Positions 32,879 through 43,585 of a stretch of DNA of 50,474 nucleotides are shown here, one piece after another (the first letter of the stretch is position 1; every line of letters starts with the position of its first letter). Source of the stretch: Allosphingosinicella sp. (lineage in GTDB: Bacteria > Pseudomonadota > Alphaproteobacteria > Sphingomonadales > Sphingomonadaceae). Below the pieces are notes generated by a model. The model was not told where the DNA came from. It made no database searches and saw only the letters and a list, made by a program, of their open reading frames with translations. Where the stretch lies: assembly GCA_036400035.1 (NCBI GenBank), contig DASWLY010000008.1, positions 1-50,474 on the forward strand, given 5' to 3'. The translations under genes and the position numbers were made by a program.

Positions 32879-35233
32879 ATGACTCCCCGCGTCTCCGCGA
32901 TCATGCCGACCGCCGACCGACGGCGCTTCGTGCCCGGCGCGGTCTCCGCCTTCTTGGCTCAGGATCGGGAGGATGCCGAGCTGGTCATCCTCGACGACGG
33001 GGCCGATCCGGTCGCCGACCTCGTGCCCGACGATCCTCGAATCCGCTATTTCCGCGAGACGCGCGGGCGAACCCTCGGTGATAAGCGCAACCGGCTGTGC
33101 GAACTGGCGCGCGGCGAGATCCTGATCCACTGGGACGATGACGACTGGCACGCCCCGGACCGGATCGCCCGCCAAGTCGCGGCGATGGAGGCCCATCGGG
33201 CAGACATATGCGGGGTCGACAGGGTCATCTTCCTGTCGGACGACGGCGAGAGCGCCTGGGACTATGTCTATCGCGGGCGGCAGCGCTGGGTGTGCGGGGG
33301 AAGCCTGGCCTATCGTCGCGCCTTCTGGGAGCGCCACCCCTTCCCCGCCTTGCGCAGCGGCGAGGACACGCGCTGGGTGTTCAGCGCCGTCACCGCCGCG
33401 GTCCACGCGATGGACGCTCCCGACCTCTTCGTCGCCCGGGTCCATGCCGGCAATACCAGCCCCAAGCAGGTTCGGGGCGGCTACTACCACCCGCGCGACC
33501 CCGCGCCCGTGAGGGCGATAGTCGCCGGTTTCGAGCGGCCGGGGACGAGCTTGCCGGTGCGGCGACCGGCGCTTCCGAACATCCGTATCGGCATTCACCT
33601 CTGCTCCCGAGAGCAGGACCTGTCGGCGACGATCCGAGCGGTTCACGAAAACACGTCGCTTCCTTTCGATCTGGTGGTTCTCGACGATCTCGCCCCCGGC
33701 GAAGCGGGGGGTCCCACGTCGGGGGCGGCGGCATCGCCGAAGCTTCGCCACTGCCGGATACCGCCCCCCGGCGGCGTGCAGGCCTGTTTCAACCAGCTGG
33801 TCGGGCCGGAAGCCGATATCTATGTCTTGCTCGAAGGGGGAGCATTGCCCGCGCCTGGATGGCTCGACCTGCTCGTCGGCGCGCTCCAGGCGGATCCCGC
33901 CAACGGCCTCGCCGGACCTTCCACCAACTGGTGCTGGAACGAGCAGGGCGTCACTTCGAACCGCGGCGCGACGGCCGCCGATCTGAGGCGGCAGGCGACC
34001 GACCTGCTGCACCGGCACGGGCGCGGCTGGCGCTCGATGGCGCCGCTCTACTCGCTGTCGGACTTCTGTCTCGCGGTGCGCAAGGAAGTGGTCGCGGCGA
34101 TCGGCGCGGCCGATCCCGTCTACGGGCGCGGGCCGTGCTGGGAGATGGACTATGCGGCGCGAGCCGCCCGCGCCGGTTTTCATTCGGTCTGGTCGCAGGC
34201 GGCCTTCGTCCATCGGGCGCCGCCGCCCACCGAGCGCATGAAGACGGAGCAGCGCCTGTTCGAGGCCAACAAGCGCGCCTATCAGGATCGTTTCTGCGGC
34301 CGCCGGCTCCTGGCCGAAGGGCGCGGCGCGCCTTATCGGGATCATTGCCGGGGCGACGATTGCGCCAATTTCGCGCCTGCCGCGATCACCCTTTCGCTGC
34401 CGCTGCCCAGGCCGTTGGCGGAGGAGTGCCGGCTCGGCCCCGAAACGCCGCCGCTGATCACTTGCATCATGCCGACCCGGGGGCGGCCCGAATTCGTCGC
34501 TCAGGCGATCGCCTATTTCCAACGTCAGGAATATCCCGCCCGCGAGCTGGTGATCGTCCACAAGGACGATTCCGACTTGCCGGAGATCGCGGACGCCCCC
34601 GACATCCGTATCGTCCGGACCCGCCAGCGCAGCATCGGCGGCATGCGCAATGCGGCCGTCGAGGCGGCGCGCGGCGACATCATCGCCCATTGGGACGACG
34701 ACGACTGGCACGGCCCGCGGCGCCTGAGCCGTCAGGCCGCCCCCATCCTTCAGGGCATCGCCGACATGACAGGCCTGAACGACACGTTGTTCATGATCGT
34801 GCCGACGCGCGAATTCTGGTCCGTGTCGCCGAAGCTCTTCGCCAGGCTGTTCGTCGAGAATATCCACGGCGGCACCATGATGTTCCGGCGGGAGATCTGG
34901 CGGCGAAGCGGCCCCTATCCGCCCATCTCCCTTCGGGAGGACGCCGAGCTGTTGATTCGCGCCGTTCGCGGCGGGGCAAGGCTGTGCCGGCTTCGTGGCC
35001 GCGACGATTATGTCTACGTCCGCCACGGCCGCAATACGTGGAGCTTCGCCGAGGGAAGCTATCTGCAGCGGGAGGAATGGCTCAAGGTGGGCGAACCCGA
35101 GGTGCTGGCTCCGGACCTCGGCTTCTATTTCACCCACCGAAACGCACCGCAGGCGCTGACGGCAAGGCCGCGGACGGGGCTTCGGCCGCCGACCTTGTGC
35201 CGGCTACGCGGTGGCCGGCGGATCGCGAGCTGA
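32879..35233 (+). CDS. Tri-domain GT2 glycosyltransferase (784 aa)
   Basis: Domains 1 and 3 are duplicates (VSAIMPT/ITCIMPT...IHWDDDDWH/AHWDDDDWH...GED/RED). The middle GT2 domain has GLAGPSTN...FCLAVRKEV...EMDY. Starts 3 nt after the immunity gene. Confidence 0.88.
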   Translation: MTPRVSAIMPTADRRRFVPGAVSAFLAQDREDAELVILDDGADPVADLVPDDPRIRYFRETRGRTLGDKRNRLCELARGEILIHWDDDDWHAPDRIARQVAAMEAHRADICGVDRVIFLSDDGESAWDYVYRGRQRWVCGGSLAYRRAFWERHPFPALRSGEDTRWVFSAVTAAVHAMDAPDLFVARVHAGNTSPKQVRGGYYHPRDPAPVRAIVAGFERPGTSLPVRRPALPNIRIGIHLCSREQDLSATIRAVHENTSLPFDLVVLDDLAPGEAGGPTSGAAASPKLRHCRIPPPGGVQACFNQLVGPEADIYVLLEGGALPAPGWLDLLVGALQADPANGLAGPSTNWCWNEQGVTSNRGATAADLRRQATDLLHRHGRGWRSMAPLYSLSDFCLAVRKEVVAAIGAADPVYGRGPCWEMDYAARAARAGFHSVWSQAAFVHRAPPPTERMKTEQRLFEANKRAYQDRFCGRRLLAEGRGAPYRDHCRGDDCANFAPAAITLSLPLPRPLAEECRLGPETPPLITCIMPTRGRPEFVAQAIAYFQRQEYPARELVIVHKDDSDLPEIADAPDIRIVRTRQRSIGGMRNAAVEAARGDIIAHWDDDDWHGPRRLSRQAAPILQGIADMTGLNDTLFMIVPTREFWSVSPKLFARLFVENIHGGTMMFRREIWRRSGPYPPISLREDAELLIRAVRGGARLCRLRGRDDYVYVRHGRNTWSFAEGSYLQREEWLKVGEPEVLAPDLGFYFTHRNAPQALTARPRTGLRPPTLCRLRGGRRIAS

Positions 35234-35343
35234 GGCTTCGGGCGAGCCGGATCGGGGCGACAAGGCAAACCGAATTCCGAATTGGGCCGCGGCCGCCGCG
35301 GGGCGGGCTGGACAGCCCGGGCGCCGACCGGCAGGGAGCCGCG

Positions 35344-35943
35344 ATGGCGAGGCTCCTCTTCCCGCTCTCGATCGCCCTGCTCGGACTGGTCGTGCTCGCC
35401 GCCTTGCTGCTCGGCGGCCCGGAAACCCGGATCGACCCGGTCATATTGTCGGCGTTCGCCATCCCGGAGCTGGTGCCGGCGGCCCGCCTGCTCACGCATC
35501 TGGGCGACGTCGTGACGGCGCTCGCGGCCGCCGTCGCGGCAGCCGCCTGGCTGCTGTGGGGCGGCCACCGGCGCCGCGCCATCCTGCTCCTCGTCATCGT
35601 CGTTTCGGAGCGCCTGCTCGTCGAGGCCATGAAGATCGGGTTCGACCGCGCCCGCCCGGACGTGACCGGCCGCCACGTCGCCGTCCACAACATGGCCTTT
35701 CCGAGCGGCCATTCGGCCAATGCGATGGCCGCCTGGCTCGCCATCGCCTTGCTCGCGACCAGCCCTCGGCTTCGGATGCCGGCGGTCGCTCTGGCCCTGA
35801 CCATAGCTTTCGTCACCGGCATCTGCCGTCTCGTCCTCGGCGTGCATTGGCCGAGCGACGTCGTCGGGGGCTGGGCGTTCGGCCTTGCCTGGACTTTGCT
35901 GCTCGTCCGGATTTTCGGAACCGCTCCTCCGGCGCGGCATTGA
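35344..35943 (+). CDS. PAP2-family membrane phosphatase
   Basis: KIGFDRARP, FPSGHS, CRLVLGVHWPSDV motifs; C-terminal 199 aa of track ORF 33208..35943. Confidence 0.9.
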   Translation: MARLLFPLSIALLGLVVLAALLLGGPETRIDPVILSAFAIPELVPAARLLTHLGDVVTALAAAVAAAAWLLWGGHRRRAILLLVIVVSERLLVEAMKIGFDRARPDVTGRHVAVHNMAFPSGHSANAMAAWLAIALLATSPRLRMPAVALALTIAFVTGICRLVLGVHWPSDVVGGWAFGLAWTLLLVRIFGTAPPARH

Positions 35944-35965
35944 TCCCGTCGAAAAGGAGAAGCTC

Positions 35966-36211
35966 ATGACCGACCGCAACGACCGCGGCGCCGACCGCGC
36001 CGAGACCGCCCGCCGGACCGACGACAGCGACATCATCGACAAGATGGAGGACGCCCCCAGCTTCGGCGGCTCCGCCGGCGGCAACCTCCAGCGCGACATC
36101 GGCACCCGCGACGAACTGAAGGAGCAGGTCGGCGACGGCGACGGAGTCACGAGGGTCCGCGACAGCGACAAGCCGGAGCAGGCGAACCTGCCGAGGTTCA
36201 ACCCGAAGTGA
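35966..36211 (+). CDS. Small acidic hypothetical protein (81 aa)
   Basis: AAGGAG RBS and host-like codon usage: MTDRNDRGADRAETARRTDDSDIIDKMEDAPSFGGSAGGNLQRDIGTRDE... Confidence 0.7.
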   Translation: MTDRNDRGADRAETARRTDDSDIIDKMEDAPSFGGSAGGNLQRDIGTRDELKEQVGDGDGVTRVRDSDKPEQANLPRFNPK

Positions 36212-36218
36212 CGGCAAA

Positions 36219-36306
36219 GCCGTCATTGCGAGGAGCGTAGCGACGCGGCAATCCAGAGGGCCTTCGCGGCCGCTCTGGATTGCTTCGCTTCGCTCGCAAT
36301 CACGGC
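36219..36306. repeat. REP-like palindrome, family 1 (GTCATTGCGAG...CTCGCAAT), copy 1
   Basis: Nested inverted repeats between convergent genes. Near-identical copies at 45847 and 50012. Confidence 0.85.
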
Positions 36307-36900
36307 TCAGTCGCGGCGAAACACCAAAGTCAGGTTGTTCGCCGGCATCTCGGCCACGCGTTCCAGCCGAAGCCGGTTCTCCCTCGCCTCCGCTTCGACC
36401 GCCTCGATATCCCGAAGCCCCCACCGAGGATCGCGGCTCTTGAGCGACCGGTCGAAAGCCACGTTGCTTGGCGCCGTCGGCACGCCCGTCTGTCTGTAAG
36501 GACCGTAGAGGATCAACGGCGCGCCCGGCGGGAGCAGGCGCCCCGCCCCCCGCATCAGGCCCACGGTCGCGCTCCACGGGCTGATATGGACCATGTTGAC
36601 GCACAGGATCGCGTCCGCGGCGTCGGCAGGCCAGGAGTCCGCCGAAGCGTCAAGGCACAGCGGCTCGAGCAGGTTGGGCGGCCCCTCCGCCACCCGCCAC
36701 GCCTCGATCGACGCCAGCGCCTCGGGATCGGGATCGCTCGGCTGCCAGAGCAGGTTCGGGAACAGACTTGAAAAATAGGCGGCATGCTCCCCGGTGCCGC
36801 TGGCGATCTCCAGCAAGGTCCCGCGCTCCGGCAGCACCTCGCGCAGGACGGCGGCGATCGGCTCGCGGTTGCGCTCGGTGGCGGGTGCGCGGCGCCTCAT
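36307..36900 (-). CDS. DUF938-family SAM-dependent methyltransferase
   Basis: APATERNREPI, LEIASGTGEH, WQPSD, NMVHISPW, LYGPY, SNVAFD, MPANN. Confidence 0.92.
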   Translation of the reverse strand: MRRRAPATERNREPIAAVLREVLPERGTLLEIASGTGEHAAYFSSLFPNLLWQPSDPDPEALASIEAWRVAEGPPNLLEPLCLDASADSWPADAADAILCVNMVHISPWSATVGLMRGAGRLLPPGAPLILYGPYRQTGVPTAPSNVAFDRSLKSRDPRWGLRDIEAVEAEARENRLRLERVAEMPANNLTLVFRRD

Positions 36901-37529
36901 TCCTCCGCCGGTCCACCCGTCCAGTCATAGCGCCTCGAGAAGAGGCCGATCGTGATCGGAAGCGTCGAGTAGGCGAAAGCGGCGAAGAGGCCGAAGCGGG
37001 TGAGCGACAACAGGATCGAGAAGACGCCCGTGCCCGCCAGAATCAGCCAGATCACGACCTCGCCTTTCGCCTGGGCGCGCTCGCTTCGATCGAGGTCCGG
37101 GCTCCGCCGCGCCTCCGCGAACAGCCCTGCCAGGGTCAGCGACATCAGCACGAAGCCGCTTCCGTAGACGGCGAACAGGCCGGTGAGGTTGCCGCGAAAA
37201 CCGCCGCCCTGTCCGGTGAAGAAGATCGCGGTCGCCGCCGCCATGGCGCGCAGCGGCTGGATGTAGATCAGCACCAGGAAGACGAGCAGCAGGGTCAGGA
37301 ACATTGAGCGCCAATCGCCTTCGCCGCGCAGTCGGCGCCACCGGACATGGGCGAACCAGAACAGCACCACGATAGCGAAGCCGAAGGCGAAAGCGGGGAT
37401 GTCGCCCAGCGCGCCCACCAGCGTGTTGAAATCCGACGGCGCCCCGGCGCCGCCGATGACCAGCAGGCTAACCGCGAACGCGAAGGCCGCGTCGGTGAAA
37501 TTGTCGAGCCGCCCCGCCGACGTGGTCAT
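36897..37529 (-). CDS. TMEM175/DUF1211-family membrane protein (putative K+ channel)
   Basis: RLDNFTDAAFAFAVSLLVI (variant of RxxxFSD), FWFAH, about six hydrophobic segments. Confidence 0.8.
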   Translation of the reverse strand: MTTSAGRLDNFTDAAFAFAVSLLVIGGAGAPSDFNTLVGALGDIPAFAFGFAIVVLFWFAHVRWRRLRGEGDWRSMFLTLLLVFLVLIYIQPLRAMAAATAIFFTGQGGGFRGNLTGLFAVYGSGFVLMSLTLAGLFAEARRSPDLDRSERAQAKGEVVIWLILAGTGVFSILLSLTRFGLFAAFAYSTLPITIGLFSRRYDWTGGPAEE

Positions 37530-37538
37530 GGCCAGGGG

Positions 37539-37955
37539 TTAGGGCGGCCCGGATGCCAAAGCAAGCCAGAGGCAGGCTGCGGCGCCGAGGAGAAGCGCCA
37601 GGCCCGTCGTCAGGTTGCCGATGAAGCGGATCGCATTGGGATGCCTGTCCCGCATCATGCCAAAGGCCTGGAAGACCCGACCGAGGGTGAAGCCCGCGCC
37701 CAGCGCATGGAGCCAGGCCGGCGGCCCGCCCAGAAGCGCGATCGCGAGCAGCAGCAGCAGGACCAGAGGCGCATATTCGGCGAAATTGGCGTGAGCGCGT
37801 ATCGCCCGGGTCAGCATGGCGTCGCCCATGTCGCCCGGCTGGAGCTGCTTCTGGGCGCCGCGCCTCAGCCCGACGTTGAGCGCGAGGCCGAACATGAGCA
37901 GGGCGTTCAGCGCAGCATAGACTGCCCAGGTCGCGATGGCGCCCTGCTCCACCAT
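37539..37955 (-). CDS. MAPEG-family protein
   Basis: RAIRAHANFAEYAP motif, GR in the third helix, four hydrophobic segments. Confidence 0.9.
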   Translation of the reverse strand: MVEQGAIATWAVYAALNALLMFGLALNVGLRRGAQKQLQPGDMGDAMLTRAIRAHANFAEYAPLVLLLLLAIALLGGPPAWLHALGAGFTLGRVFQAFGMMRDRHPNAIRFIGNLTTGLALLLGAAACLWLALASGPP

Positions 37956-37956
37956 G

Positions 37957-39522
37957 CTACTCCGCCGCCTCCGCCTGGGGCGGCTCCTTCCAGACCAGGA
38001 CCGGCTTCCTCGCCGCCAGGGTTTCGTCCAGCCGCCGCCGCGGGGCGTGGACCGGCGCCGCCTTCAGGCTCTGGTCGCCCGCCTTGGCCCGCTCCGCCAC
38101 CGAGCGCAGAGCGCCGATGAACTGGTCGAGCGCCGCCTTCGATTCCGTCTCCGTCGGCTCGATCAGCATGGCCCCGTGGACGACCAGCGGGAAGTACATG
38201 GTCATCGGGTGGAAGCCTTCGTCGATCAGCCCCTTGGCGAGATCCAGGGTGGTGAGACCTCCGGCAAAGCCTTTGTCGCTGAACAGCGCCTCGTGCATGC
38301 ACGGGCCGCTATGGCCGAACGGCGCCTCGAGGACGTCGTCAAGGCGCCTGAGGATGTAATTGGCGTTGAGCACCGCGTCCTCCGACACCTGCCTCAGACC
38401 GTCGGCGCCGTGGCTCATCATGTAGGCGAGCGCCCGGGTGAACATGCCCATCTGGCCGTGGAAGGCGACCATCCGGCCGAAGCTGGAGCCGTGATGCTCA
38501 CCGGCATTCTCCTCCTCCACCAGAGCGAAATGATCGCCCTGCTTCTCGACGAACGGAAGCGGAGCGAACGGGGTGAGTGCCTCCGAGAAGACCACGGGGC
38601 CCGAGCCCGGCCCGCCGCCGCCGTGCGGAGTGGAGAAGGTCTTGTGGAGGTTGATGTGCATGGCGTCGATGCCGAGGTCGCCCGGCCTCACCCGGCCGAC
38701 GATGGCGTTGAAATTGGCGCCGTCGCAATAGACCAGCCCGCCCGCTTCGTGGACGGCCCGGCTGATCTCGGTCATCTCCGGTTCGAACAGCCCGCACGTA
38801 TTGGGGTTGGTGATCATCACCGCCGCCACGTCCGGCCCGAGCCGCGCCTTCAGAGCGTCGAAATCGACCCGGCCGCGTGTCGTGGCCGGGATGCTCTCGA
38901 CCCGGTAGCCGACAAAGGCCGCGGTCGCCGGATTGGTGCCGTGAGCGCTCTCCGGAACGAGGATGACCTCGCGCGCGTCCCCCCTCGCCTCCAGCGCGGC
39001 TCGGATGGCGAGTAGGCCGCAAAGCTCGCCGTGAGCGCCGGCCTTGGGGCTCATCGCGACGCTGTGCATTCCGGTCAGCGCGACCAGCCAGCCGCCGAGC
39101 CGGGCGATCAGCTCCAGAGCGCCTTGGACGGTGTCGACCGGCTGGAGCGGATGGATGTCGGCGAAGCCGGGCAGCCGCGCCATCTTCTCGCAAAGCCGCG
39201 GATTGTGCTTCATCGTGCACGAGCCGAGCGGGAACAGGCCGAGGTCGATGGCGTAATTCTGCCGGCTGAGCCGGGTGTAATGGCGCACGGCCTGGGGCTC
39301 GGAGAGGCCCGGAAGGCCGATCGGGCGATTGCGCTCGAGACCCCCGAGGCGGCCGGTGGAATCGCCGTCCGCCGGCTCGATGTCGACTCCGCAGCCATCC
39401 TCCTCGCCCAGCTCGAAGATCAGCGGTTCCTCGAGCATCAGCGCCCGGTTGCCGGTATAGGTGGGCGGGGCGCCTTCGGCGGCTTCGGGCCTCGTTGGGC
39501 GTCCTTCGCGGTTCATGCTCAT
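37957..39522 (-). CDS. gcvPB: Glycine dehydrogenase subunit 2
   Basis: [43 protein letters not shown] (PLP Lys). Start re-called at the ATGA overlap with gcvPA. Confidence 0.96.
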   Translation of the reverse strand: MSMNREGRPTRPEAAEGAPPTYTGNRALMLEEPLIFELGEEDGCGVDIEPADGDSTGRLGGLERNRPIGLPGLSEPQAVRHYTRLSRQNYAIDLGLFPLGSCTMKHNPRLCEKMARLPGFADIHPLQPVDTVQGALELIARLGGWLVALTGMHSVAMSPKAGAHGELCGLLAIRAALEARGDAREVILVPESAHGTNPATAAFVGYRVESIPATTRGRVDFDALKARLGPDVAAVMITNPNTCGLFEPEMTEISRAVHEAGGLVYCDGANFNAIVGRVRPGDLGIDAMHINLHKTFSTPHGGGGPGSGPVVFSEALTPFAPLPFVEKQGDHFALVEEENAGEHHGSSFGRMVAFHGQMGMFTRALAYMMSHGADGLRQVSEDAVLNANYILRRLDDVLEAPFGHSGPCMHEALFSDKGFAGGLTTLDLAKGLIDEGFHPMTMYFPLVVHGAMLIEPTETESKAALDQFIGALRSVAERAKAGDQSLKAAPVHAPRRRLDETLAARKPVLVWKEPPQAEAAE

Positions 39523-40877
39523 GCCAGCGCCTCCTCCAGCGCCTTTGCCAGCGCTTCCACATCCTCGACGGTGGACGTTTCCGTCACCGCAACCACCAGC
39601 CCCCGCTCCAGCGCCTCGACGCTCGGGTAGAGGCGCCCCAGCGACACTCCGCCGAGCACGCCTCTCTCGGCCAGGGTCCGAACCACCGGCCGCGCCTCCC
39701 TGGGCAGGCGCAAGGTGAATTCGTTGAAGAAGGCCGGGTTGACGATCTCGACCCCCGCCACCCGCGCCAGCCGCTCCGCGGCCGCCGACGCTCGGGCGTG
39801 ATTGACCTGCGCCAACCGCCGCAGCCCGGTCTCGCCGAGCAGGGTCATGTGGATCGAGAAAGCCAGCGCGCACAATCCGCTGTTGGTGCAGATGTTCGAG
39901 GTCGCCTTCTCGCGCCGGATATGCTGCTCGCGAGTCGAGAGGGTGAGAACGAAGCCGCGCTTGCCCTCCGCATCGACGGTCTCGCCCGCGAGCCGCCCCG
40001 GCATCTGCCGGACATATTTGTCGCGGGTCGCGAACAGCCCGACATAGGGGCCGCCGAAATTGAGACCTACTCCGATCGACTGCCCCTCGCCGACGACGAT
40101 GTCCGCGCCCATCTCGCCGGGCGAGCGGATCAGGCCGAGCGCGACCGGCTCGGTGACCACCGCGACCAGCAGGGCGCCCTTCTCATGCGCCCGCTCCGCC
40201 AATGCGGAAAGATCGCCGATGCGCCCGAGGATATCTGGATATTGAACGACAACGCAGCTCGTCTCGCCGTCGACGGCGTCGAGCAGAGCGTTCGTGTCCG
40301 GGTCCGGCCCCAGTTCGGGGAAACCCACCTCCAGCACGTCGCCGGTGAACCTCGCCATCGTCCTGGCGACCGACACGTACTGCGGGTGGAGCCCCGAGGA
40401 GAGGATCGCCTTGCCGCGCCGGGTGATCCGCCGGGCCATTCCGATCGCCTCCCAGCAGGCGGTCGAGCCGTCGTACATGGAGGCGTTGGCGACGTCGCAG
40501 CCGTAGAGGCGCGCCACCTGGGTCTGGAATTCGAACAGAGCCTGCAAAGTGCCCTGGGCGATCTCGGGCTGGTAGGGCGTGTAGCTGGTCAGGAACTCGC
40601 CCCGCTGGATGAGGTGGTCGACCGAGGCCGGGATGTGGTGCTTGTAGGCGCCGCAGCCCAGGAAGAAGGGGACGTCGCCGGCGACCAGGTTGCGGCGCGA
40701 CAAGGCGGCGAGCTCGCGCTCCACCGCCATTTCGCTGAGATGATCGGGAAGGTGGCCGATCTTCTCGGCGAGGCGAGCCGCCTCGGGCACGTCGACGAAC
40801 AATTCGTCGATCGACGAGGCGCCGACGACCCGGAGCATTTCCTGCCGATCGGAGTCGGCGAGGGGCAGATAGCGCAT
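39519..40877 (-). CDS. gcvPA: Glycine dehydrogenase subunit 1
   Basis: [44 protein letters not shown]. Confidence 0.96.
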   Translation of the reverse strand: MRYLPLADSDRQEMLRVVGASSIDELFVDVPEAARLAEKIGHLPDHLSEMAVERELAALSRRNLVAGDVPFFLGCGAYKHHIPASVDHLIQRGEFLTSYTPYQPEIAQGTLQALFEFQTQVARLYGCDVANASMYDGSTACWEAIGMARRITRRGKAILSSGLHPQYVSVARTMARFTGDVLEVGFPELGPDPDTNALLDAVDGETSCVVVQYPDILGRIGDLSALAERAHEKGALLVAVVTEPVALGLIRSPGEMGADIVVGEGQSIGVGLNFGGPYVGLFATRDKYVRQMPGRLAGETVDAEGKRGFVLTLSTREQHIRREKATSNICTNSGLCALAFSIHMTLLGETGLRRLAQVNHARASAAAERLARVAGVEIVNPAFFNEFTLRLPREARPVVRTLAERGVLGGVSLGRLYPSVEALERGLVVAVTETSTVEDVEALAKALEEALA

Positions 40878-40889
40878 TCGGTTACTCCA

Positions 40890-41681
40890 TCATTCGTCTG
40901 GCTTGCGCATTGTGAAGCGCAACCGGACATAATCGGCGACCCAGCTGCCGTCGGGCTGCTGGAGCTGCGGCTTCACCCGCGCCTCGACCGCCGCCGCGAC
41001 CTCGTCCCGGTCCGCGGGCGCGACGCCCGCGACGTCCAGCCAGCCGGCGCGGAAGGTCTTCACCCAGGCGGCGACGCCGCCGGGCGGGAGCGGCGTCGGC
41101 CGCGGGATCAGCCGGACCTGGATTCCGGTGAAGCCGGCGCAGGCATAGAGGCGGACGAACTCCTCGCAGGCGGGATACCATTGCGGGTCCTCGGCCGGCA
41201 GGACGTAGCCCCGGCCGCTCAGCTCCTCGCGCAGCCCCGAGCGAAGGGTCGCGATATTGCCGGCGCCGCCCATCTCGCCGACGAACCGGCCGCCGGGCTT
41301 CAGGATGGCGAACACGCCCGAAGCGACCGCGTCGGGATCCAGCATCCAGTGCAGGGCCGCATTCGAAAAGGCCGCGTCGAACTGGCCGAAGCGGGCCGCC
41401 TGCCCGCCAAGGTCGAGCGCCTGAGCGTCGGCGACGAAGGCGTCGACTCCGCGCGCCCGCGCCGCCTCCACCATTGCCTCCGAAGCGTCGAGGCCGATCA
41501 CCCGGGCACCGGATTCGACGATCTTCCGGGTCAGCGCTCCGTCGCCGCAGCCCAGGTCGACGATCAGCTCGCCCGGTTGCGGCGCCAGCAGCTCCAGCGC
41601 CGCCGCGCCGAGCGCCGGCACGAAAGCGGCGTTGGTCGCATAGTCGGTCGGGGACCATTGAGAGGAGGGGTTGAGGCTCAC
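40890..41681 (-). CDS. Class I SAM-dependent methyltransferase inside the gcv cluster
   Basis: [41 protein letters not shown] start overlaps the gcvH stop. Confidence 0.88.
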   Translation of the reverse strand: MSLNPSSQWSPTDYATNAAFVPALGAAALELLAPQPGELIVDLGCGDGALTRKIVESGARVIGLDASEAMVEAARARGVDAFVADAQALDLGGQAARFGQFDAAFSNAALHWMLDPDAVASGVFAILKPGGRFVGEMGGAGNIATLRSGLREELSGRGYVLPAEDPQWYPACEEFVRLYACAGFTGIQVRLIPRPTPLPPGGVAAWVKTFRAGWLDVAGVAPADRDEVAAAVEARVKPQLQQPDGSWVADYVRLRFTMRKPDE

Positions 41682-42049
41682 TGGCTGTCCGTGAAGGCTT
41701 TGTAGGCGTCCGTGTCCATCAGCCCCTCGAGCTGGGAGGGGTCCGACAGCCGAAGCCGGAAGAACCAGCCTTCGCCTTCCGGGTCGGAATTGACCAGCGA
41801 CGGATCGTCGCCGAGCGCCGCATTGGGCTCGGTGATCTCGCCGTCGACGGGCGCGTAGACGTCCGAGGCCGCCTTCACCGATTCGACCACCGCGGCCTCG
41901 CCGCCCTTCGTCACCTGCCGGCCCGCCTCGGGCAGTTCGACGAAGACGATGTCGCCGAGCTGGCCCTGGGCGAAATCGGTGATCCCGACCGTCGCCACGT
42001 CGCCTTCGACGGAGATCCACTCATGCTCCTGGGTGTAGTAGACGGTCAT
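41678..42049 (-). CDS. gcvH: Glycine cleavage system H protein
   Basis: [33 protein letters not shown] (lipoyl Lys), PEGEGW. Confidence 0.97.
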   Translation of the reverse strand: MTVYYTQEHEWISVEGDVATVGITDFAQGQLGDIVFVELPEAGRQVTKGGEAAVVESVKAASDVYAPVDGEITEPNAALGDDPSLVNSDPEGEGWFFRLRLSDPSQLEGLMDTDAYKAFTDSQ

Positions 42050-43161
42050 CAAGCGGCTCCCTTGCGTTGGTAGCGGTGGGGGACGAAGGGCATCGGCGCC
42101 ACCTTCGCCTGGAAGATCTTGCCGCGCTGGACGAAACGGACATCGCTCCCCGGCTCGGCCATGGCGGCGGGCACATAGGCCATGGCGATCGGCGCCTCGA
42201 GCATCGGCGAGAAGCCGCCGCTGGTCACCTTGCCGACCTCGTCGCCGTCGGCGTCGACCACCGCCGCGCCCTCGCGCACCGGCTGGCGGCCCTCGACGGC
42301 GAGCCCGACCCGGCGGCGCACCGGCCCCTGCTCGATCTCGCGGATGATCCGGTGCCAGCCGGCGAAGCCCCCTTCGGCGCGGCGGCGCTTGGAGATCGCG
42401 AAGCCCAGATCCGCCTCGATCGGCGTGGTATCGGTGTCGAGGTCGTGACCGTAGAGCGGCAGCCCGGCTTCGAGCCTGAGTGAATCGCGGGCGCCGAGGC
42501 CGATCGGCTTCACTTCCTCCTGCGCCGCCAGCAGCTCGGCCACCGAAGCCGCGCGCTCGGCGGGAAGCGAAATCTCGAAGCCGTCCTCGCCGGTATAGCC
42601 CGAGCGGCTGATCCAGACGGCGGCCCCGTCCAGAGCGAACGCGCCTCCGGTCATGAAGCCGAGCTGCTCGACTCCCGGCACGAGCCGGGCGAGGGCCTCG
42701 ACCGCCTTCGGGCCCTGGAGGGCGAGCAGGGCCTGCTCCTTCATATGGTCGAGAACGACTCCGCGCGGCAGCCGCTCCTTCAGATAGGCGATATCGCCCT
42801 CCTTGGTGGCGCCGTTCACCACGACGTAGAAATGGTCGCCCCGGCGGGTCGCCATCAGGTCGTCCACGATTCCGCCGTCGTCGTGGAGCAGAAGCGAGTA
42901 GCGGAGCCGCCCTTCCTTGAGGATGGCGAGGTCGGCCGGAAGCACCGACTCCAGCCCCTTCTCCGCCTCCGGCCAGGCGACGATGAGCTGGCCCATATGG
43001 CTGACGTCGAACAACCCGGCGGACGAGCGGGTCCAGCGATGCTCGGCGATGATCCCTTCATATTGGATCGGCATGGAATAGCCGGCGAAGGCGACCATCC
43101 GAGCGCCTTGCGCCCGGTGCCAGGCGTCGAGGGGGAGAGTGCGTTCAGGAAAGTCGCTCAT
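42049..43161 (-). CDS. gcvT: Glycine cleavage aminomethyltransferase T
   Basis: [41 protein letters not shown]. Confidence 0.97.
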   Translation of the reverse strand: MSDFPERTLPLDAWHRAQGARMVAFAGYSMPIQYEGIIAEHRWTRSSAGLFDVSHMGQLIVAWPEAEKGLESVLPADLAILKEGRLRYSLLLHDDGGIVDDLMATRRGDHFYVVVNGATKEGDIAYLKERLPRGVVLDHMKEQALLALQGPKAVEALARLVPGVEQLGFMTGGAFALDGAAVWISRSGYTGEDGFEISLPAERAASVAELLAAQEEVKPIGLGARDSLRLEAGLPLYGHDLDTDTTPIEADLGFAISKRRRAEGGFAGWHRIIREIEQGPVRRRVGLAVEGRQPVREGAAVVDADGDEVGKVTSGGFSPMLEAPIAMAYVPAAMAEPGSDVRFVQRGKIFQAKVAPMPFVPHRYQRKGAA

Positions 43162-43217
43162 CGGTCAGCCTCCAGGGCGCCGCTTCGACGCCCGGGATCG
43201 GACACCGTCGCAGGCAA

Positions 43218-43425
43218 GCCCCTCTGTCACTGAACCTGAGAGCTTTCGCGGCGCCACAAGGTTCCGCTTACCCCTTCGGTGGTCCGCCATAGCCCGAAGC
43301 GACGGAGGACGCTTTCCAGAGTGCCTTTGCGCGCGCGGTCCCTTGTGCCTGAGAGATTCCGGGCCGGTTGCTCCTTCGGCGGCATCGGGCCTTCCAGCCC
43401 TCCGCCCTCTCCCGCGCGCGCACCG
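43218..43425 (-). ncRNA. Tandem glycine riboswitch
   Basis: Minus strand reads GGAGAG...CCGAAGGAGCAA...AATCTCTCAGG (aptamer 1, P1 TGCGCGCGCGG/CCGCGCGCGCA), then CTCTGGAAAG...CCGAAGGGG...AAGCTCTCAGG...ACAGAGGGG (aptamer 2). Directly upstream of gcvT. Confidence 0.93.
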
Positions 43426-43494
43426 GTTTTGGGCCGGCGGCAAGGGCGCTGTGAACAGTCGAAGGCGCCAAGTCAACGCACTGTTTCGCCCCCG

Positions 43495-43581
43495 CCGTCA
43501 TCCCGGCGAAAGCCGGGATCTCGCGTCGGCAAAGCTCCGCGGCCAATTTCCACGAGCCCCCGGTTTTCGCCGGGGTGACGG
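43495..43581. repeat. REP-like palindrome, family 2 (GTCATCCCGGCGAAAGCCGGGATC...)
   Basis: CCGTCATCCCGGCGAAAGCCGGGATC ... CCCCGGTTTTCGCCGGGGTGACGG nested hairpins after the lipoprotein stop; may also act as a terminator. Confidence 0.75.
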
Positions 43582-43585
43582 GAGT

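Noticed and set aside
1-35343. Defined genomic-island boundaries or att sites
   Set aside because: No integrase, tRNA or flanking direct repeat seen; the left boundary is outside the window.
36219-36306. tRNA or structured ncRNA gene
   Set aside because: No D/T-loop consensus; three dispersed copies with variable centres fit REP elements.
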